A stretch of 53,187 nt of DNA, from positions 87,614,978 through 87,668,164 of the forward strand of contig NC_068987.1 in assembly GCF_001194135.2 (NCBI RefSeq), read 5' to 3'. Positions 47,513-53,187 of this stretch are shown here, piece after piece. A model generated the notes under the pieces. That model did no database searches. It saw only the letters and a program-made list of their open reading frames with translations, and was not told the DNA's origin. The position numbers and the translations under genes are program-made. The first letter of the stretch is position 1. Each line of letters starts with the position of its first letter. This stretch comes from Octopus bimaculoides (taxonomy: Eukaryota).

Positions 47513-47890
47513 TTTACTTGTTTCAGTCATGTGACTGTGGCCATGCTGGAGCACAGCATTCAGTCAAACTAATCGAACCCAGGACTTATTCTTTGTAAGC
47601 CTACTACTTATTTCATCAGTTGCCTTTGCCGAACCGCCAGGTTACGGGGACATAAACAGACCAACATCGGTTATCAAGCGATGGTGAGGGGACAAACACA
47701 GACACAAATACACACGTACATGTATGTGTGTGTGTGTGTATATATATGGGCTTCTTTCAGTTTCCATCTACCAAATCCACTCACAAGGCTTTGGTCGGCC
47801 TAAGGCTATAGTAGAAGACACTTGCCCAAGGTGCCATGCAGTGGAACTGAACCCGGAACCATGTACTTCTTACTACACAGCCACACCTGC
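47513..47890 (-). mobile_element. SINE family A copy
   Basis: Colinear with 487-899. Confidence 0.8.
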
Positions 47891-48288
47891 ATATTCCTGT
47901 GTATATGTGAAGGCTTAGTGGTTCAGGTATTTGACTCAATCATAAGATCAGGAGTTTGACTACTTGTAGTGTGTTATGTCCTTGAGCAAGACACTTTATT
48001 TCACGTTGCTCCAGTCCACTCAGCTGGCAAAAATGAGTTGTACCTGTATTTCAGGGCCAGCCTTGCTTCATTCTGGGCCACACAGACGATCCCTGAGAAC
48101 TACATTAAGGGTACGTGTGTCTGTGGAGTACTCAGCCACTTGCACATTAATTTGAGTAGGCTGTTCCATTGATTGGATTAACTGAACACTTAACGTCGTA
48201 ACCAACAAAGTGCCTCTTTGTGAGAATGTGTGGATATGTGTCTGTGTATGAATATGCATATGTGTGTGTGTGTAATTCAATTGACACC

Positions 48289-48516
48289 AATTGTGACTGA
48301 CCGTGCAGAGTGGCACCTACATTGCTAGAAATAAGAACTAAAACCATTAGAGCCACAAAGAAGAACATATCTATGCACTGACAGGGGAGATAACCACCCC
48401 ACAGCAAGCAAGATCTCCCTTGTCAGTGCACAGACATATTCTTCTTTGTGGCTCTAAGGGTTTTTAGCTCTTATTTTTAGCAATGTAGGTGCTACCCTGC
48501 ACTGTCACTCACAATT
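48289..48516. repeat. ~230-bp foldback element with ~105-bp arms
   Basis: e.g. TTAGAGCCACAAAGAAGAA / TTCTTCTTTGTGGCTCTAA and GCACCTACATTGCTA / TAGCAATGTAGGTGC pair around a ~20-nt loop. Confidence 0.85.
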
Positions 48517-49426
48517 TGTGACAACTGAATTTTTCCATCTTGGTGGTTTTATATTACATATAGCTGCCTTCGTTATTTTATCATCATCATCATCATCATA
48601 TATGTATAATCATTGAAGCAATAATTTATTTCCCTCAATTATTTCCAATGTACTTTAACAGAATTATTTAAACAGTTACACATTATTGTTTATTTATTTA
48701 TTGAAATTCTTGTGGTTTTATGTAGTTATAGAATGTAGAAATGGACTTTACATAGCATAGAAATTGTTTTTAATGAGAAATGTCAGACTTTAAAATCAGA
48801 CAACCAAAAAACAGAAAATAATAACAATAATAATAATAATAATGAAGGACAGAGGTGCAATTTAAATTTAAAATACTTATCCATGAAATTGTTTTTCGAA
48901 GGAAGATAATTTCTAACCAAATAAAATGTTTGTGAAGTAATTTAAACTGTCATTCAGAAGAACTGGAATTGTTTGATTAAGTCTGATAAATTAACAGCAG
49001 ACATGCACAGAACACACACACTACAATACAAAAACAATAAGGGTGTTTCTACATTGTTGGTTGATCTGCTAGAAATATCAACCAAATTTTCCTCATATCA
49101 CATCGTAATACCTTAAACAGTGAAGTTGTTAGTGTGTGTATTTCCAAGGCAGCCCCTAAGTTTATCCAACACCCCTGTTCCCTATACAGGATTACACTAC
49201 ATGACCCCAACAATTTGCATATTTTTTCAAATGTAGAATTTTTTTTTCATTAAAATGCACATGTTAATAATTATGAAATTTGCAATTTGAATACTTCTTC
49301 ATTTTCGTCACATAACAGGCGTTTTCAGTTTGTGGCTCAACTTCATGAGTAATTTCGATTGTTGAGTATTTTTCTTCAGACCACCAAATTCATCAAAAAT
49401 AGAAAAAAAATTAAAAAATTTCAAAC

Positions 49427-49561
49427 CTCCAAATCTGCTTCATCTTGGGTCAACTCTTGAACATCTTTCTCGATCTGTTGGAAAATCTGCTCTTCTTGAT
49501 GTCTGCGAGAGAACTCAATCATATTCTTTGGAGGAATATACTCATCAGGATGGAGAATGTG
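49427..49561 (-). CDS. PLEKHA7-like: PLEKHA5/6/7-like exon (HILHPDEYIPPKNMIEFSRRHQEEQIFQQIEKDVQELTQDEADLE)
   Basis: tttatctttcag / gtttga; phase 0 to 0. Confidence 0.9.
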
Positions 49562-49607
49562 CTGAAAGATAAACAACTTGCCAATAATAATAATAATAAT
49601 AATGATG

Positions 49608-49651
<44 letters not shown>

Positions 49652-49999
49652 CCTTTCTACTAAAGGCACAACTGGTACTTATTTTATCAATTCCAAAAGG
49701 ATGAAAGGTAAAGTCGACCTTGGTGGAATTTGAACTCAGAATGTAGAAACATGAATAATTTTGCCAGCTCACTGCCTTAATAATAATAATAATAACAAAA
49801 GCAGTCAGAGAGCGCAAACCACAGCCTAGGCAACACCAATGTCCTCTCAATGATTAGCCAGAGATGATTTTTAAAATGAGAATATCTGAAATAAAACGTG
49901 ACTGCTCTCACAAACAAGAATACTAAAAATGAACCCAACCGCTCTCAAAAATTTAGGAAAAAAATCGTGAATTAATCTAGAATCCTTGTTCGGTACTTG

Positions 50000-50258
50000 A
50001 TCAATCCCAATGGTAGTCATGGAATGTGAAGGTGGGGGTGCGGGCCGTGTTTGTAATGTAGTGTGTGTCGTCTGCAGTGGGAACAAGGACAGATTTCTCT
50101 ATGAAGGCCTTTTTTAGTCTATCCACTGATAAAGTGTCTTTACAACTATTAAGGTCTACAGTGAAAAATTTACCCATGTGTGAAAGGAAATGGAAAAGAC
50201 CTGCATTTGGTGCTGTTAACGGAGGTTCAACAACAGCATTGTGCACAAAAACGTGAGT
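50000..50258 (-). mobile_element. Ty3/Gypsy integrase C-terminal relic
   Basis: THVFVHNAVVEPPLTAPNAGLFHFLSHMGKFFTVDLNSCKDTLSVDRLKKAFIE follows the Gypsy pattern HVFVR....PL.PPY.GP..VL.R..K.FT.D.NG..DTVS.DRLKPA. Confidence 0.7.
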
Positions 50259-50281
50259 CCAAACTGAAAGAAGCCCATCGT

Positions 50282-50332
<51 letters not shown>

Positions 50333-50671
50333 TTTGTCCCCACAACATTGCTTGACAACCAATGTTGGTGTGTTTACGTCCCCATAACTTAGCGGTTCGC
50401 AAAAGAGACCAATAGAATAAGTACTAGGGTTAGAAAGATTAGGTCCTGGGATCAACTAAAGGTGGTGCTCCAGCATGGATGCGTCAAATGACTGAAATAA
50501 GTAAAAGAATAAAAGAATGATGATGATGATGTGTGTATGTATAAAAACAAATTGTCTCTACAGTAATTGTGTGGGTGTCAGTAAATATATAAATCAAAGA
50601 ATTTGGTTCTTTAGAAGTGGTTTACAGTTATGAGAATGAAGATTCATTGTAAATATCGAAGGGAACCATAC

Positions 50672-50773
50672 CTTGCGGTACTGTGTAGCTAACATGTAGT
50701 TATTTCCACCATATAAACTTCCCATGGTTACCATGTTGTCCACTAAACTCTCAATTGGTTTATACATTTCAAG
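50672..50773 (-). CDS. PLEKHA7-like: PLEKHA5/6/7-like exon, most 5' one found in the window (LEMYKPIESLVDNMVTMGSLYGGNNYMLATQYRK)
   Basis: Long pyrimidine tract, ttttgtag / gtatgg; phase 0 to 0; joins in frame to 49427-49561. Confidence 0.88.
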
Positions 50774-51097
50774 CTACAAAAGAAAGAGAAAAAAAAATTG
50801 CCTTAACAATGAAAACTTGTGTTAAGTTTTTTAATTCTAAGGACAATAAAATAAGAAATTAACAAGCCGTAGATTAAAAAGGAAAGTGAGTGATTCTTTG
50901 TGCTATAAGCATAAAGACTGAAATTTAGCAGGAGGGAGCTAGTTGATTTCATTAATCCCCAGTACCTCACTGGTACTTTATATTATCAACCCCAAAAGGA
51001 TGAAAGACAAAGTTAAACTTGGTGGAATTTGAATTCAGAATGTAAAGCCAGAGGAAATGTTGCAAAGCATGTTGTCTGGTATTGATTTTGTCCCCTT

Positions 51098-51483
51098 GTT
51101 GTTGGCACTCCGTCGCTTACAACGTTGAGGGTTCCAATTGATCCGATCAACAGAACAGCCTGCTCGTGAAATTAACGTGCAAGTGGCTGAGCACTCCGTA
51201 GACACGTGTACCCTTAACGTAGTTTTCGGGGAGATTCAGAATGACTCAGAGTGTGACAAGGCTGGCCCTTTGAATTACAGGTACAACAGAAACAAGACGT
51301 AAGAGTGAGAGAAAGTTGTGGTGAAAGAGTACAGCAGGGTTCGCCACCATCCCCTGCTGGAGCCTCGCGGAGCTTTAGGTGTTTTCGCTCAATAAACACT
51401 CACAACGCCCGGTCTGGGAATCGAAACTGCGATCCTATGACTACGAGTCCGCTGCCGTAACCACTGGGCCATTGCGCCTCCAC
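51098..51483 (-). mobile_element. SINE family D copy
   Basis: Reverse complement of 2061-2440; 11-bp TSD TTTGTCCCCTT at 51087-51097 and 51484-51494. Confidence 0.85.
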
Positions 51484-51687
51484 TTTGTCCCCTTAAGAAA
51501 GCCCTAAAGAAAGTAGACAATAAATGTTATGTAATAACTCACTTTGTTTTCGACATCATCGCACTGTTTCTTGAGCTCCATATAATGTCCATGTTTATCT
51601 TCAAGATGAAAGTCTAACACTGCATTATGTTCAGCAAGTCTGTGTAAGGATATTGGGATTAAATATTTCCTTTGAAATGGTCGTTAA

Positions 51688-51890
51688 CGCTTTAGCATTC
51701 AGATTACTCTTTCAAATGTAAGACTTATTTATTGTATTGGATTAATCATGGATTATCTTGTAGCAATGATGTGGTTACTTACTTTTAGAATGACATTTTA
51801 GTGTAGGTATGAATGGCTGGATCTGGCCAGTTTGGACATAAAACAGGTGGAATTTTGAGGCCAAAAATGGCTGATTTAAATGCTAAATGT
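51688..51890. mobile_element. piggyBac-type MITE family P1 copy
   Basis: TTAA flanks; inverted homologue of 4371-4594. Confidence 0.7.
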
Positions 51891-51924
51891 TTAATGAAGC
51901 AGTAATTTGTTTTTCATAAAACAA

Positions 51925-52293
51925 ATAGCAACGAGCACTCAGAGAGCACAAACCTCCGCCAAGGCAACACTGACGTTCTCTCAACGATTAGCCAGAGATG
52001 ATTTTTAAAATGAGAATATCTGAAATAAACTCGACTGTTCTCACAAATGAGAATACTAAAAATGAACCTGACCGCTCTCAAAAATGAAGTAAAAAAATGG
52101 AAAAATAATCCAGGATCCTTGTTTGGTACCAGATCGATCCCAAAATCTAATCAGTTTGTGCCAGCCATGAGGCCACACATCGCTGAAAGTTTCATCCGAA
52201 TCCATTCAGCAGTTCTTGAGATATCTTGTCTACAGACAAACATACGAACACAACTGAAAAACAATACCTCTGCCTTCGCTAGGGCAGAGGTAA
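51925..52293 (+). mobile_element. non-autonomous Helentron/HINE-like element (partial second copy at 49793-49998)
   Basis: 5' ACCTCCGCCAAGGC motif, 3' hairpin ACCTCTGCC/GGCAGAGGT after an ACAAAC-like tract; no TSD seen. Confidence 0.5.
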
Positions 52294-52619
52294 TAATAGA
52301 ACTAAGAAGCTACAAGGGCAAAACTAAGATAATTATTCAGATTCAGTAATAAAATGTATGAAATCTGTCAAAGCTGCAATATTTATTACATTGCTCACAG
52401 TCAGAAAAGAAGTTTCTAATGAAACAGTTTAATTACAATCACAGTTTCATAAGTTAATCAACAGTAAGTGTTAGCGTCTGATTCATGAGCAGATGTGCAA
52501 TGCAGTGACTGAGATTAAACAAACTTAAAAGTAGTTCATATATGTTTGAGAGATATTTGAACCTGTAAAAGACTTTTCACTGCAGTTTGTCTTGGAGAAA
52601 AAAAATTCTTCATGACAAG

Positions 52620-52965
52620 ACAACAGTGTTGTCATGGCCAATGCCAGTTCCACCCGAATGGCACTTGTGCCGGTGGTGTGTAAAAAGCACCATTTAAGCA
52701 TGGTCATTGACAGTGCTGCTTGACTTGCTCCCATGCTGGTGGCACGTAAAAAGTACCATCCAAGTGTGGTCGATGTCAGTATCGCCTGACTGGCCCTCGT
52801 GCCAGTGACACGTAAAAAACACCCACTACACTCTCGGAATGGTTGGCGTTAGGAAGAGCACCCAGCTGTAGAAAATTGGAGCCTGGTACAGCCTTCTGGC
52901 TTGCAAGCCCTCGGTCAAACTGTCCAGCATGGAAGGTGGACGTTAAATGACGACGATGATGATAA
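52620..52965 (+). mobile_element. SINE family C copy
   Basis: GGCACGTAAAAAG repeats, GGTTGGCGTTAGGAAG, (GAT)n-like tail. Confidence 0.8.
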
Positions 52966-53187
52966 TGACAACAATTTTGTCAAAATCTCATCTTTTTGTT
53001 TAAATGAGAAATTTTTTTTCTCTCTGACAAACTGAAGTGGAAAGTCTTTAAGGATTCAAATATCTCTCAAACAATATCTGAACTGGTTTTAAGTTTAACA
53101 ATATCTGATGAAGATCAGAATCAGAGAAAAAGAAATGAAACTAAACAAAAATGCCATCATCACCACCATCATTTAATGTCCATTTTC

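Noticed and set aside
52525-52563. Possible further 5' PLEKHA exon after ttttacag
   Set aside because: No phase-0 donor compatible with exon 50672-50773, and the segment is one arm of an inverted repeat.

Overview
AT-rich eukaryotic (animal) genomic DNA from a gapped draft assembly with 8 N-runs. The repeat content (tRNA-derived SINEs with (CAT)n/(AAT)n tails, dense microsatellites) suggests an octopus or other coleoid cephalopod; this is inference from repeat style, not a database result. Two spliced genes lie tail-to-tail. (1) On the + strand, the last three coding exons (1005-4136) of an unidentified gene encode a 198-codon Ser/Pro/Gln/acidic C-terminus. (2) On the - strand, the 3' part of a PLEKHA5/6/7-family (Drosophila kramer-like) gene: I assembled 17 phase-consistent GT-AG exons from 50773 to 15165 (2505 nt, 834 aa plus stop), including a pair of frame-compensating microexons, and found candidate alternative last exons. 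Introns are filled with at least five SINE-like families, hAT- and piggyBac-type MITEs, foldback elements, RTE LINE and Gypsy relics, and a Helentron-like element. The most notable observation is two unrelated repeat families carrying minimal hammerhead-ribozyme-like folds of the type known from Penelope-like elements, one fused to a tRNA-derived SINE head; both families occur in inverted arrangements. No CRISPR arrays, rRNA or genuine tRNA genes are supported. Most ORFs in the supplied track are microsatellite or SINE artefacts.
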